Positions 1 to 10,654 of a DNA stretch of 64,000 nucleotides are shown here, in pieces. The notes under the pieces are model-generated. The model had not been told where the DNA came from. It did no database searches and saw nothing but the letters and a program-made list of their open reading frames with translations. The position numbers and the translations under genes are program-made. The stretch is from the IMG/VR virus record IMGVR_UViG_3300021431_000081, positions 91,846 to 155,845 of that record; one strand, given 5' to 3'. Position 1 is the first letter of the stretch. The number at the start of each line of letters is the position of its first letter. The stretch comes from a virus (Duplodnaviria; Caudoviricetes).

Positions 1-251
1 TGACGCTTCATTGCACGATTAAAATCACGCTCAGTCCAACCAGACTCAGGAAGTTCGAACATTTCACGAGTCATATCACGCAGTTTTGCGTTCGCATCCT
101 GATTAGATACCTTGTTACCATCAGCATCAAATACTTCTCTGTGGAGAGCAAGGTCAACCATCAAGTTCTTAATACCATCATAATCAACGTCAAATTTCTC
201 AAATAACTGTGTCATATGAGAAGTAAAAACTAATTTACGATTCTTATTCAT
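1..251 (-). CDS. Major capsid protein, N-terminal part (runs off window)
   Basis: GGAGG RBS then ATG at 251; open frame MNKNRKLVFTSHMTQLFEKFDVDY... to the window edge; follows protease and accessory gene as SPbeta yonB does. Confidence 0.7.
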   Translation of the reverse strand, partial: MNKNRKLVFTSHMTQLFEKFDVDYDGIKNLMVDLALHREVFDADGNKVSNQDANAKLRDMTREMFELPESGWTERDFNRAMKR

Positions 252-276
252 TATTGTTTACCTCCTTTCCACAAGA

Positions 277-741
277 TTAAGCACCAACAACATATTTACC
301 GTTGGAGAACGTAACAGCTTTCCCCTTTACGGGAGTACCAGAGAATCCTGCTAAAGAAACTTCGATAATATCCCCCTTGGTCAGACTATACGCCTTAACC
401 GTTTTGCCAGATTCATTATAGAAATTTTCCTCTTTAGTAAATTCCTTATTATAATCTTCCGCAATAATAGGAGAATCATATACAAACAGTGCTTCAGCGG
501 GAGTGGTTACTTCAATGTACCAATTGCCATTAGCTGCTTGTTCCTGAATTACACCTGCAAAATTTGCAGGAGCAGCTGCCTGGGCATACTCATCAAAAGC
601 AACCCAAGAACCACGACCAACAATTGCAGTATTATCTGTATCAGCAGTTAATCGAATATTATAAATGTGTCCACCACCATAGGCAGAAAGTACCTTTGAT
701 GGAAAACCAAATGCATGCTTTGCGATTTGATAACTAATCAT
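277..741 (-). CDS. Head accessory/decoration protein (yonC position)
   Basis: 154 aa beta-rich ORF between protease and capsid genes, with RBS. Confidence 0.6.
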   Translation of the reverse strand: MISYQIAKHAFGFPSKVLSAYGGGHIYNIRLTADTDNTAIVGRGSWVAFDEYAQAAAPANFAGVIQEQAANGNWYIEVTTPAEALFVYDSPIIAEDYNKEFTKEENFYNESGKTVKAYSLTKGDIIEVSLAGFSGTPVKGKAVTFSNGKYVVGA

Positions 742-845
742 GTGCTTTTCGCTCCTTTCATAAAATAAAAAAGAAGAATCAAATTACTGATTCTTCAGAT
801 TGTTTTTGTAAATATTCATCGTAATACATAAAGTATCTAGGATTA

Positions 846-2525
846 TTATTTCTTAAACAGATTTCCGTATCTGCTCTTTTTAGGATTTCCCTTTGCACCA
901 CTAGGTACTAATCCCATACGAGTAACTTTCTTCTTTTTTTCACCTTCATTAGCTTCGAAATTTAAAGAACCACTCTTAGCATAATTCAGAAGCATACCAT
1001 CGACTTTTTCCTTTAACTCTTCAAAAGTCATTTCATTCTTACCATTATTAACCTCATTAACAATGGCTGTGAAATCTTCCTTATTAGCAATTGCAGAATA
1101 ATCATCTGATGCTACTAATTCTTTCTTCTGATACTGTGCTAGATCCTTAGAAATTTGCTCATAATTCTGTCTCATGTTTTCGACTTGCATCTTTTCAGAT
1201 TCTGTCAGTAACATAGCAAATAACTGTATTCTTTCCCCAGAAAGACTAATGGTATCGCCGTCTTTGGTGTAACTTTGTTTCCAGAATTTATCAGAATCCC
1301 AATCTTCCATAATGAAGTAATCTTCATAAATATCCGCTACATAGCACCATTCATTCTCATTACGATAAACAGCACATAATGCATTAAGACTCTGACGGAT
1401 TTCATTAAAGCTTAACTCAAACAACTGATTAAATAACTCCTCTTTGGTAAGAGAATTATTCTGTTTCTTCTTTTTGCCAGTAGTCGCAGAATCATCATCA
1501 TTTACTGCACCGTCATCTGGATCATCTTCCGTATTATCATTACCAGTAGGTTCTGTAACAGGATCTGTAACAGGATCAGCAGTGGGTTCAGGATCAGTCC
1601 CACCTTCAGTTCCCTCACCCGTATCATCAGGATCATCAAATGCTGTCTTAAAGGCGGTTTCTAATTCCTCATCAGATAATCCTTCATAGCTGAACGTAAT
1701 ATCTTCCTCAGTCTTGCCATATTTCTCTAAAAGTTCAGTAAACTTATCCATTGGCGTTTCCTCCTTTCTTTCAGCATTATTTATATTTAAACTCTCAAGC
1801 GTTTTGTTAAGTGTCTCAAGAGTCTCAATCAATTTATCATTTCGCTCATAGTTCATTTCCTGTGCTGCGAAATCTTCAATCTGTAAATGCGCATTTTGCA
1901 TTCCCGGTCTACGATCCTCTCCCAGAAGTGTAATTCCACCTAATTCAATATCCTCTAATAACAATTCTTTCTTCTTAGCATCATAGGACATCTTATTGAC
2001 ATACAGTTCTGCGGATACATCTGTACCACCTCTGCGTTCAATAATTTCCGCAGCAGGAGTATACTCTCTTGGAATAGCAGCTTTAGCATAAACGTAATAT
2101 CGTTTATCTTTCTTATCATATTTCATTACAGGATCATCAGATGTAATGCATCCTACCTGTTTTTCCAAATAAACAATATTTCCATTATCATCTATTTCCA
2201 TATCATGAGCGGTAAAATCCAATACTTCGGTTCCATCATCTAATGTAACAGTTTGGTAATTACAAAGAATTGGTTTATATTTAAATCCGTTTAAACTATT
2301 TTCCATGGCTTTCTTTGTAACATTTGATCCGTTATTATTCTTATTGGTATGGAATGCTCTGATATTGGCGAATAACATAGACTCATCATCAGATTCTTCC
2401 TGCTCAAAAGTCGCAGGAACACTCACGCATAACTTATAACCATTTTTATTTGAATCAAACTCTGTAAAATTTTGCTCTTCACAGAATTTAACTAACTGAT
2501 CAATAGTCATTATTGTCTTACGCAT
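846..2525 (-). CDS. Prohead protease/scaffold fusion (YonD-like)
   Basis: N-terminal protease-like domain (HTNKNNNGS, YKPIL, DVSAEL, GITLLG), acidic Pro/Thr-rich linker, coiled-coil tail; lies between portal and capsid. Confidence 0.75.
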   Translation of the reverse strand: MRKTIMTIDQLVKFCEEQNFTEFDSNKNGYKLCVSVPATFEQEESDDESMLFANIRAFHTNKNNNGSNVTKKAMENSLNGFKYKPILCNYQTVTLDDGTEVLDFTAHDMEIDDNGNIVYLEKQVGCITSDDPVMKYDKKDKRYYVYAKAAIPREYTPAAEIIERRGGTDVSAELYVNKMSYDAKKKELLLEDIELGGITLLGEDRRPGMQNAHLQIEDFAAQEMNYERNDKLIETLETLNKTLESLNINNAERKEETPMDKFTELLEKYGKTEEDITFSYEGLSDEELETAFKTAFDDPDDTGEGTEGGTDPEPTADPVTDPVTEPTGNDNTEDDPDDGAVNDDDSATTGKKKKQNNSLTKEELFNQLFELSFNEIRQSLNALCAVYRNENEWCYVADIYEDYFIMEDWDSDKFWKQSYTKDGDTISLSGERIQLFAMLLTESEKMQVENMRQNYEQISKDLAQYQKKELVASDDYSAIANKEDFTAIVNEVNNGKNEMTFEELKEKVDGMLLNYAKSGSLNFEANEGEKKKKVTRMGLVPSGAKGNPKKSRYGNLFKK

Positions 2526-2580
2526 CTTTAACCTCCTTTCCTTTAAAATAAAAACTCCTCATCTTAAATAGGAGAGGAGA

Positions 2581-2751
2581 TCAAACGAACAATTTATTCG
2601 TATATATAGTATTCTCATTTAATGAGAATATAATCTTATCATTATTTATGAAAGTCCATCCAGAAGAACTCTGATAAACTTCTTTTAATCCCAGTTTTCT
2701 TAAGGTCTCAGCAGTTTCTTTGGATGTTGTATATATAAACTTTTTATCCAT
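2581..2751 (-). CDS. Small hypothetical protein (56 aa)
   Basis: AAGGAG RBS; MDKKFIYTTSKETAETLRKLGLKEVYQ...; below the ORF-track cutoff. Confidence 0.6.
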   Translation of the reverse strand: MDKKFIYTTSKETAETLRKLGLKEVYQSSSGWTFINNDKIIFSLNENTIYTNKLFV

Positions 2752-2760
2752 AATTACTCC

Positions 2761-4323
2761 TTAAGATTTCGCTTTATCTCTTTTTTCTGCAGATTCATCT
2801 CCAGTATCTGTTGGCGTATCAGACTTAGGTCTACCACCAGTCACAGGATCTGTTCCATCTGTAACTGTACCAGAATTAGTAAATGAAGAATTAAGAGGAT
2901 AGATCATTACATCCTGCAGTTTAAGAACTTCGTTCTCCAAGAAAAGCATAGCCAGACTATCTTTTTCGGAGAATCCATTAAGCGTCATATACGCTAACTT
3001 AGTAGGTAATGAATATTGTCCCGCTTTCAGCATATCTTCCTTAAACTGCTCTCTGGTATATACGGATATGGGGAAGAATTTAACTATACACGGATTGCTA
3101 CACAGATACCCCAATTGTCTGTTCACGAACGCCTGTGTCTGGGGAAGAAGAGAGGAGATAGCAAATTCGGTATTTGCAACCTGTGAATATCTAAATGCCT
3201 CTGCACCAGATATGGTTTCTCCATTTAAAATCTCTGCACCACCAGTAGTATTTAATACTGTTTTAGTAGCATTAGAGACTTTCGTAGTATCACCTGCGGC
3301 CTGATCATCAAATGATATAGAATCAAGTTTACCCGGTACTAATGCAGCACTAATATAATCAGGTAATGCTTCATTGATCATTCTCTGGAAATAAGCTAAT
3401 ACTAAATCAGGATTAACTTTCCAATCATCTACATCTTCGCCAATGGTTTCCATCTGCAACCAGATCATTTTATAAATTTCCTGTTCATCCGCAATGGCCT
3501 GAATGTCTTCCAGATCAGCTAAGTTAATTAAAGCGTTAAAAGCTGCTAAAAACGGAGGAAGAACAGTTTCATAATCTTCATAACGGTATTTTAAACAAAT
3601 CGCATACTCATCTGGTACTGGTTGCCATTTTTCACCTGAACTCTGATACGCTTTATACATCTCATCAAAGGGTTCGGGAATATATTCAATTAACTCCTGA
3701 CGAGATCTCAAATACGTCATATCCATACTGATTGCAAAATCACCTGTAGTATATTTACCATCAATTCGTGCATAATTGGCAGGAATTTGCCAAATAAATA
3801 CACCAGTTTCATCTATAAGATAAATTCCATAAAATACATCCTGTATAAAACATGTAAGGTATATAGTATAGAATTCTTGTTGTAAATGCATTAATTCAAT
3901 CCAATCGAGTGTTTCCTGATAAGATTTAAGTGTTTTATTTACATCCGCTCCCTTAATTAAATCGTATTGAGGAATAACCGATCTTCCATTTAAATAAAAC
4001 ATATTCGCATAAAAATGACATAATCTCATATATGTCATAGAACGATAAAATAAGTACCAAGATAAGTTTCTTAGATTTTGTTCATTACTGCCCAAATTAC
4101 GCATGTATGTACGTAATTGTTCTTTGTTAAAAACACGAATAGCTTTTGTTTGAGTCTTAGTTACATCTCTCAAACGAATAGCGTTTCTTTGATCTTCTTC
4201 ATATTTTTGTAATTTTTCTTGGGCTTTCTCGTAATCTTGCACTAATTGTTTTTGCTGTGCTACAGTTAATCTCGAAGATGCCGAAGCACTCTTCGGAGAA
4301 GATTTTACTTGTGCCATAGACAC
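2761..4323 (-). CDS. Portal protein (YonE-like)
   Basis: 520 aa, directly downstream of TerL; C-terminal GGRP motif common in portals. Confidence 0.8.
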   Translation of the reverse strand: MSMAQVKSSPKSASASSRLTVAQQKQLVQDYEKAQEKLQKYEEDQRNAIRLRDVTKTQTKAIRVFNKEQLRTYMRNLGSNEQNLRNLSWYLFYRSMTYMRLCHFYANMFYLNGRSVIPQYDLIKGADVNKTLKSYQETLDWIELMHLQQEFYTIYLTCFIQDVFYGIYLIDETGVFIWQIPANYARIDGKYTTGDFAISMDMTYLRSRQELIEYIPEPFDEMYKAYQSSGEKWQPVPDEYAICLKYRYEDYETVLPPFLAAFNALINLADLEDIQAIADEQEIYKMIWLQMETIGEDVDDWKVNPDLVLAYFQRMINEALPDYISAALVPGKLDSISFDDQAAGDTTKVSNATKTVLNTTGGAEILNGETISGAEAFRYSQVANTEFAISSLLPQTQAFVNRQLGYLCSNPCIVKFFPISVYTREQFKEDMLKAGQYSLPTKLAYMTLNGFSEKDSLAMLFLENEVLKLQDVMIYPLNSSFTNSGTVTDGTDPVTGGRPKSDTPTDTGDESAEKRDKAKS

Positions 4324-4407
4324 CTCCTTGACTTTAAAATTTTAATGGTCTAAATAAAAGTGATGGGAGAGTAGCGTAGTGCTACCCCGTATTATTAGAA
4401 GTGTATT

Positions 4408-6734
4408 TTAATCCCAACTATTTGGTCGTTTAGCAGGACGAATAATTAATTTATCTAATAAAGATTGGTTATTGGTCGTAGTACGTTTTTGTGTTAAATG
4501 CTTACGTCTCTCTTGTTGTAAAGCATAAGCAAGCATGATAAGGGTATAAAAGCGATCGTCCCCTGTGTTAATTTTTATTGCTTCCTTAAAGCAATAAAAA
4601 TACCGTGGTACTTCCAAGAGTGTCTTTACACTCGACCACGGTTCTCATATTTCATTATTAAGTTATAGTATGAAGTTCAGACTGTCGTATCCTCATTTAA
4701 TCCCTATGAGGTTTGATCACTCAGTCGTTCACGCTGTATTAAAACTTGCGCCTTGTTGTCCACTTCTGGATTTCCAAGTCAATTAGATCAAATTTTATTT
4801 ATGTAGTTTATGGATTATACTACATTTGCACAACGTTTTTTATGCAATTTTCCCGCTTTTTCTGGTGCAAGATCGAATGAATCTCTACCAGATTCCCTTT
4901 TCTTACGTACTATGTTAACCGTTTCTTCTTTCATAGCGTCAATATTGGCTAAAGCCAATTCTTCTTGCCAATCCAGTTTAATTGTCTTAGTATTTACAGA
5001 TTGTACTTTTGATAATGCTTCATTATATTGCTCTTCATAGTCTTCTTTATTTAACTTTTTCTTCTTAAGTTGTTTAGCAATATCCGCTTTCGCATTTTTG
5101 AGCTTTTCCTCATCTATATCAAAGACAGTCAAATACCCCTTATTATCATAAGGAGCGGTAAAGGATATTTTATTCTGATTTACTAACTCGATTAATGCCT
5201 CTGCCATTTCAGATTTATACGCTGTCGGTGACATAAGATGAAGTTTATCAACAGCATTCGGGAAGCGTTTTACATATTCTGCTGAATACTCTTTATCAAT
5301 CAGTCCTCTATGCTTTTTACCCGACTTATCTTCCCAGTCTTCCATTAAGAAGTCGGCAATGTTTACACCACCACCGCCAGAACCTGCATCAATATAGATG
5401 CCAATAATATTTCCATAAGCATCTACACCTGCGTTATATCCAAGTATCAATTCCTTTAAATATTTAATCTGATCAGGAGTTTGCATGGGTGATTTAATCT
5501 TTTTTCCTATATCCATAAGATTAAGACAATTACATACCCTCATCTTAATATCATCATCACCATTTATATCCTTTTCATGGTATATTTCTCCCACACTAAC
5601 TACACTGTTATCTCTGGTACGAGCAGGATCATATGCTATAACAAATTTTTTCTCACCAGTATCATTGTCTAATAATGGTTTACGGGTCTCCTCATTACGA
5701 GTAATTACTCCTCTGCGAATAATGGCATCCGCACCTACATCTGTTGTGAATATGCAGTAATATTCCCTTCTTGCTTTCTCTGGATTTCTACGCATCTCAG
5801 ATTCGACCGTAGAACGAGAAAGAAGAGGAGTGATTAATTCTCCACGAAGAGTGGGCTTAAATGCCTGTTCACAATCTATATGTAAAACTGCAAAATCAGG
5901 ATTTCCCATGATTTGCTGTTTAGCAAAATCTCTGTATAACTTATAAAATTCAGTATCCGTACTGGAAGCAGAAGATATATAAAATTTCTGATATGGAAGA
6001 TTAGTAGCGAATGTTCTTTGTCTGATTGGATCAATAGATTTGCCAGAGGTGTCTTTTCCTGTCTTTAAGCTTTTATTGGTTACAGCAAAAGCACCATATA
6101 CGGCAATCATTTCAGATGATAAAAAACCACACTCATCAAATATAACTGTTCCTCGCGCTCCCCTGCGAGCGTCTATATTGCTATTGAGAGTTATAGTCTG
6201 ACTGCCATTATATAGATTATATGAAAATCCATTAGATGAATGACTAAAACCATCACCTGCAGCATTTTTGACTTCTACTTCCGCTTTAAAAATATAACCT
6301 GTTGAACCACTAAAAGTATCTATATTATCATTAGCAATTTTTTCCAACGTAGTAAAAGTTTGTTCTGCTTGTCCACCAGTGCCACTGGCAATATAAGTCC
6401 AAACGTTACTAAAAGCCATATCCTTTGCCATAGTCTCTAAATCTATTACGGTAGATTTACCATAGCTTCGGGTACATACATAAAGTACATTCGGGCAAAA
6501 CCAAGAACGCTGCACCATCAATGCCTGTCCATCCAATAACTCAATATTAAAAAACAAATCTATCATTTGAACAGGATTGCATTGAAAATACTTTTGCATT
6601 TTTGCTATCTCTAAAAGCCCATCAATTTTTCTTTGCGAGAGGGGATAATTAATTGGCTTCACAAAAATGCCGTAATCTTTATAAAAATCTTTATCATAAT
6701 CATCAGGAACCCATATATTATTCTGAGTTAGCAT
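4408..6734 (-). CDS. terL: Terminase large subunit, spliced: join(6734..4842, 4560..4408), ~681 aa
   Basis: Walker A (RSYGKST), Walker B (VIFDEC), RNase H-like nuclease (AYDPA, IYIDAG); removing the intron restores GKLH-DDRFY. Confidence 0.92.
4561..4841 (-). ncRNA. Group I intron (281 nt, no homing endonuclease ORF) in terL
   Basis: P1 exon UUGCAU / IGS GUGCAA with U.G at the splice site; P3 UUUGAUC/GAUCAAA; P7 GACUG/CAGUC; P8 CCUCAU/AUGAGG; terminal G; splicing rejoins the reading frame. Confidence 0.9.
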
Positions 6735-8037
6735 TATCTGACACCTCCTCAGAATTTTCTTCAGTTTCTTCTTCTAACGAAGAGAATGGAGCATATAGTT
6801 CCTTTAGGTCTTTTAAATGTATTTGTATATCAATATTTTTTTCTTCAAGATAATCTTTTAAGTCCAAATTTTCTTGAAGCAATATTCTGTTGATTTCTTT
6901 ATACTGGGCAAGCTGCTTTCTTAAATCAACAATGACTTGTCTCATTTCTGCAACCATGTCTGACCATTCAGATTCATCTAATTGCAATTGTTTCATAATA
7001 GAAGCGTCACTGGCTTCCTGCACCTGTTGCATACCACGACAGGTTTGAATATCAAAACCATTGACATTCGCAGCACGAAGATTAAGATCCTTGATCTGTT
7101 TAATCTTTCCCGTCCAAGTTCCTGCACCTTTAGTACGTCCTTTGTTATTCTTAAGACTGATGCAGCTTTCTGCAGCCAGATCCTTGATCATTCCAGTAAT
7201 TTTTCCTTTACTTTCTTGTAAACTCTTTATAGTGGCAGAGTTGTTCTGGACCTGTGTTATGTCAGCCATTAGTTTTGATATTGCATCATCAATCTTGCTC
7301 ACTTGCAAGAAGTTACGTACAATATCAATACAACTGGAAGTACGAAGCATATCATCACTATTATCTTCACCAGTATCTAATAATCCTAATAATTGTGAGT
7401 ACAAGAACGGCTGATCAGAAATTGCTTCTTTTTCAAAAGGATCATAAGAGAGCAGTCTTTTTACATCTGCCTTATTTTTTAAGAAATCGGCATATGTATC
7501 TTGATCTTCTCTACCACGCATGACATCTTCAGCTGTCTTTTCATCTTCATATAACTGTTTTACTTTAAACATATCCGAATCCTGAAAAGTCATGCCATAA
7601 TAATTAACCATAGCGATATTTTTAATATACGCTGTCCAAGCATTATTTTTTTTGTTGCCGCTTGTTTCGTCAGTAGATTCAGCTATACTGGAATCCCATA
7701 CATTATCCAACATAGGCTTATTTAACGCCATACATGCTTTAGTAACGCTATCCTTAGTAGGTTCATGCTCAAAACCCTGATCATCAACTCTTAAGGCGAT
7801 CTTACGAGCGCATTCTCTGCATATAGGAGTTAATCCACTCTTAGATAACGGATCTGTAGACATATAAAAATAGTCTCTGCGTTTTTTCTTATTACACATA
7901 TAACACCAGACTTTGTCTTTTTCGTCTTCCAGTTCTGCCTCTGCTTCCAATAATCTTTCCTTTGCCTCTGCAGCGGTCATTTTTTTTACCTTTAATTCCA
8001 GATCAGTAGAGGCATTTTTGGATTTTCTGGTAGCCAA
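6718..8037 (-). CDS. Putative terminase small subunit / YonG-like Zn-finger protein
   Basis: CxxC...CxxC domain plus coiled coils; overlaps the terL start; TTG start after GGAGG. Confidence 0.6.
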   Translation of the reverse strand: MATRKSKNASTDLELKVKKMTAAEAKERLLEAEAELEDEKDKVWCYMCNKKKRRDYFYMSTDPLSKSGLTPICRECARKIALRVDDQGFEHEPTKDSVTKACMALNKPMLDNVWDSSIAESTDETSGNKKNNAWTAYIKNIAMVNYYGMTFQDSDMFKVKQLYEDEKTAEDVMRGREDQDTYADFLKNKADVKRLLSYDPFEKEAISDQPFLYSQLLGLLDTGEDNSDDMLRTSSCIDIVRNFLQVSKIDDAISKLMADITQVQNNSATIKSLQESKGKITGMIKDLAAESCISLKNNKGRTKGAGTWTGKIKQIKDLNLRAANVNGFDIQTCRGMQQVQEASDASIMKQLQLDESEWSDMVAEMRQVIVDLRKQLAQYKEINRILLQENLDLKDYLEEKNIDIQIHLKDLKELYAPFSSLEEETEENSEEVSDNANSE

Positions 8038-8071
8038 ATGACCACCTCCTTTATTCCTTTTTTATCATTAG

Positions 8072-8145
8072 CTGCTCCAGTAGGATTTGAACCTACGACA
8101 CCCTGATTAACAGTCAGGTGTTCTGCCGAACTGAACTATAGAGCA
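8072..8145 (-). tRNA. tRNA-Asn(GTT)
   Basis: Cloverleaf; anticodon arm CCTGA-ctGTTaa-TCAGG; T-loop TTCAAAT; CCA not encoded. Confidence 0.92.
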
Positions 8146-8247
8146 ATAAAAAAGAGGCCAGTTGCCTGACCTCTAACAATCATTATTCAAAAACGACCAT
8201 TTCAAGTAATATATAAAAATATTTACATATGGTTTCAAATGGTCGTT

Positions 8248-9435
8248 TTATCCCAGTACAACGGGATAAATTGCTTCAATTCCTTTTTGATTACAAACTA
8301 ATACAGTTTGTGACGGATCTGACGTCAGGCGATTCTTAACACAAAATTCATCACAAGAACCGTTAAGACTGCCACACTGTATTACTTTTATACCAGATAC
8401 TTCATTCATTGCAATATGATGCTTGTGTCCCATAATAATTGCATATGGAAACCTTCCTATATAAGCACATAATTTTTGAACAGAAGATTCAGATATACCA
8501 TCAAAATCTCCGTGTACATTAATATATTCTTTTCCATCAATAATAAATGACGAATAAGTATCTGTCATCTTTTCAAAACCAACATATACTCCTTTATCAT
8601 GAGAATGTATTTTACTAATAAACCAAGGAATTATATTATCTAATTTTTCTCCTAATAAAGAATCGTCTTTATTTTTTTCTAATCTGCTATGATTACCGGG
8701 AACGCTATATACTTCAACAAGATTAAATATCTGTCTCAATTCATATATAAAATCACTAATTAATTCACAGGCCAATATAACTTGATCGACTGTATTTTCT
8801 CTATTTGATATTTGAACCGATACATGAATATTTCCTGAAATAAGATCCCCCAACAAATTTACAATACATCTTGAAGAATTATGTCTGACTGCAATTGTGC
8901 CAATTTCAAGAATATAATTAGACAAACGGCGTTTAATATCTTCAACATCAAGTACGCCTATATGAAGATCCGATAAATTTACAATTATTGTATTGTTTTT
9001 TGATACAAAACCATCATCATCCAAAAATGGATAACGCTCTTTTCCAATATCTTGAATTCTTGTTTCTAATAATTGAAGGTTCTCTTCGTATCTTGCTTCT
9101 TCACGTAATAATCTATTTAATTCAGTACGTTCATCCTGTAATTTGCGCTTTGCTTTATATATATCTTGTTCCTTGTTAACCAAAGCCTCCATATTTATAT
9201 CTGCATTGTTACAGTATTTTTCTCTGCAATATTCTCTTACAAAACTACTCCCTAAAATACTTCTACTCATAGATTCTGACACACGCCTATAATTATATGG
9301 CAAATGATATTTATCAATTATATCTTGCCAGTCATCATCTATAAGTCCATTTACTTTATCTGAGCAATCTTCTAAAAAACTTTCATATTCATCAGTAGTA
9401 AGTCCTACTAATTTTAATTCATTTTCAATATTCAA
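8248..9435 (-). CDS. Calcineurin-like metallophosphoesterase (YonJ-like)
   Basis: SDLH, GDLI, GNH, HGD and GHKH motifs after an N-terminal coiled coil. Confidence 0.85.
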   Translation of the reverse strand: MNIENELKLVGLTTDEYESFLEDCSDKVNGLIDDDWQDIIDKYHLPYNYRRVSESMSRSILGSSFVREYCREKYCNNADINMEALVNKEQDIYKAKRKLQDERTELNRLLREEARYEENLQLLETRIQDIGKERYPFLDDDGFVSKNNTIIVNLSDLHIGVLDVEDIKRRLSNYILEIGTIAVRHNSSRCIVNLLGDLISGNIHVSVQISNRENTVDQVILACELISDFIYELRQIFNLVEVYSVPGNHSRLEKNKDDSLLGEKLDNIIPWFISKIHSHDKGVYVGFEKMTDTYSSFIIDGKEYINVHGDFDGISESSVQKLCAYIGRFPYAIIMGHKHHIAMNEVSGIKVIQCGSLNGSCDEFCVKNRLTSDPSQTVLVCNQKGIEAIYPVVLG

Positions 9436-9466
9436 AACCTTATACTCCTTACTACCTTATAATCTT

Positions 9467-9658
9467 TTATACTTCTAATTCAATAACTTCTTCTGTTTTT
9501 GTTGTACATGAAATGGTAAAAGTTTCATCCTTATATACTTCCTCTAAACAAGAAAGAAGATTAACAGGGGCTCCGGTTTCAAATTCCACCAGTTCGCCAT
9601 CTTTAAACATCAGATCTTTTAATTTAACATCGGTTTTAATTGTACGCTTTGCATCCAT
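9467..9658 (-). CDS. YonK-like small protein
   Basis: 63 aa, directly upstream of the YonJ-like gene as in SPbeta. Confidence 0.6.
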   Translation of the reverse strand: MDAKRTIKTDVKLKDLMFKDGELVEFETGAPVNLLSCLEEVYKDETFTISCTTKTEEVIELEV

Positions 9659-9692
9659 AATTATTTACTCCTTTTATTCATTATTTATAAAA

Positions 9693-9725
9693 AATAAAGG
9701 CTGTGAAATATCACAGCCTTTATTA
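9693..9725. terminator. Intrinsic terminator hairpin
   Basis: AATAAAGGCTGTGA-aata-TCACAGCCTTTATT, followed by a T-tract on the minus strand. Confidence 0.75.
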
Positions 9726-9734
9726 TTCATACAA

Positions 9735-10157
9735 TTATTTATTCTTTTTGATATGAGCCATAGTCTTTTTGATAGCTTCTTTTACTTCAGTATCATTTGT
9801 GCTTTCAAGCATTTCTTCCAACTCTTCTGTCATCTTTTGCATTCCATCATCTCTACTTCTTCCTCTTTCATAAGAATCATTATAGGAACGATCATCATAG
9901 TATCTGCTATCATCATATCTACGGTTATAGCTACGTCCATCGTCATATCTATCCATACGGTATGAACGATTTCCTCTATAACTCCGTGTATCTTCAAAAC
10001 CATTTTCTTCCATTTCCAAGTACTTCATAAGACTCTTAATGGAATGAGTGATTTTATCAATTAATTCTATATCCCTATCTGACCACTGCTTTTTCTCGGC
10101 AAATTCAGATAATTCATCACATAATCTATATTTAATTTCATCAACTGCTCTTGTCAT
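9735..10157 (-). CDS. Cassette gene 6: helical protein with RSY/YDD repeats
   Basis: 140 aa ORF with RBS; low-complexity Arg/Tyr/Asp repeats. Confidence 0.75.
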   Translation of the reverse strand: MTRAVDEIKYRLCDELSEFAEKKQWSDRDIELIDKITHSIKSLMKYLEMEENGFEDTRSYRGNRSYRMDRYDDGRSYNRRYDDSRYYDDRSYNDSYERGRSRDDGMQKMTEELEEMLESTNDTEVKEAIKKTMAHIKKNK

Positions 10158-10169
10158 ATGCTCCTCCTA

Positions 10170-10640
10170 TTATCGAGTTACAAACAAATCAGGACGTAAG
10201 AACGTAATTGATACATTCTGTACTTCGACCGTTTGTGCGCTGATATTTTCTATTGCAATATTCTCACAACATCCACGAGGAACAGGGACACTAATGGTTC
10301 GACTTACATTTTGCAATTGCTGAACTGCTGCAGGAGTTATTGTTACCGTACTTTCTGGTAGCACTTCCCCATCAATGGCTATTGCTAAACTAATTGATTC
10401 TACTGTACCACCAGTAGGAATTTGTACGTTCGCTCCAAAATTAACTAAATACCTTGCTACATTTTCTTGATTGCAACAACAACGGCTATAAGTATTGGGG
10501 ACGAACCCTTTTAAAGTGAAGATGCCTGATCCATCTCGATGTATAATCAACCCTCTTTCACACGGATCTGGAGCATTCGTAAATAAAATGTTTTGTCCAG
10601 AAGGAATGGACTGGAGGGCATTTGCACTATATTCTGCCAT
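10170..10640 (-). CDS. Cassette gene 5: beta-sandwich (BclA C-terminal-like) protein
   Basis: Start MAEYSANALQ after AAGGAGG; beta-rich with CCC/CC motifs; the fold is inferred. Confidence 0.65.
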   Translation of the reverse strand: MAEYSANALQSIPSGQNILFTNAPDPCERGLIIHRDGSGIFTLKGFVPNTYSRCCCNQENVARYLVNFGANVQIPTGGTVESISLAIAIDGEVLPESTVTITPAAVQQLQNVSRTISVPVPRGCCENIAIENISAQTVEVQNVSITFLRPDLFVTR

Positions 10641-10654
10641 ACGCCAATCCTCCT

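Noticed and set aside
4408-4617. 69-aa stand-alone ORF, and TerL ending at 4815
   Set aside because: Both are artefacts of the group I intron; 4408-4560 is terL exon 2
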